From Phoronis australis (lineage: Eukaryota; Animalia; Phoronida), in NCBI GenBank assembly GCA_002633005.1, contig NMRA01000530.1:204374-268373 (forward strand): a DNA stretch of 64,000 nt. The letters run 5' to 3'. The number at the start of each line of letters is the position of its first letter. Position 1 is the stretch's first letter. The position numbers and the translations under genes are program-made. This document shows, piece by piece, positions 63,401 through 64,000 of the stretch. Under the pieces are notes generated by a model. That model was given only the letters and a program-made list of their open reading frames with translations. It was not told the DNA's origin and ran no database searches.

Positions 63401-64000
63401 TATCTTTGTCAATGTCTGCATGCTTTATAAGTACATGATACAAACCAGTAACCACCAGTGTTTGGTAGACAATTCTGTTCATTCAGTTGCTAATAAAGTA
63501 TTTATGTTTCTGTATCCCATTAATTAAACAAAGTAACTTCAACGAGTTATCTGCAAATGACATTTGCCTTCAAAGTATCATTTTGCATTGGAATTGACCT
63601 CAAAACATAAAGCTAACACCAGAAATGAAGTTCTCACCCCCAAAAGTATTGAAAACATGATATTAGAATTAGTCGGTGGGCCAGATTTTGTAGGGCCTCT
63701 AGAAAATGGTTTTTGTGAGTACTTTAGGGGGGCAATTTTATTTTGGTGTTTTTTAATTCATTTATTAGTGTGTTTTCAAAATCTAAAAAGTTCCCACATA
63801 TAAAGTTGCACATTTTTGAGAAATTTGAGTTTGAAGTTACCCAAAAATCACCAAAGAGCTTAGTAAACTTATATTTGTAAAAACAACAGTTTTGGTGACT
63901 TTTTTGTAAAACAAGTAATATGGTCCCATCAGTGCCATTGTATTGAACAATATTACACTCACATTACATGTTTTACTATTGTAAATTAACTGTAAACAGT

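Overview
AT-rich, repeat-dense, intron-containing eukaryotic DNA. It is most consistent with a marine invertebrate draft assembly (single-N gaps at 3345, 17294, 33604 and 54030). The main feature is a minus-strand multi-exon gene from at least 42708 down to 21731. Hand-spliced, it encodes a low-complexity repeat region, a TRADD-N-like domain and coiled coils, joined to one 5.2-kb terminal exon holding a catalytically degenerate Pol-beta/DUF294-type nucleotidyltransferase and about 27 TPR units. Downstream on the same strand lie a decayed, apparently intronless cGAS-like (Mab-21) coding region running into an AMSH/STAMBP-type JAMM deubiquitinase domain (about 6729-9300), and a secreted AID/APOBEC-like (SNAD-type) deaminase exon (5258-5643). 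Together these look like an innate-immunity cluster built from domains also used in bacterial defence. The rest is mobile DNA: hAT remnants, several LINE fragments, a tRNA-derived SINE, MITEs, a Penelope-like remnant, Helentron/HINE-like ~430-bp tandem arrays and microsatellites. All domain calls are by-eye motif recognition; no searches were run.
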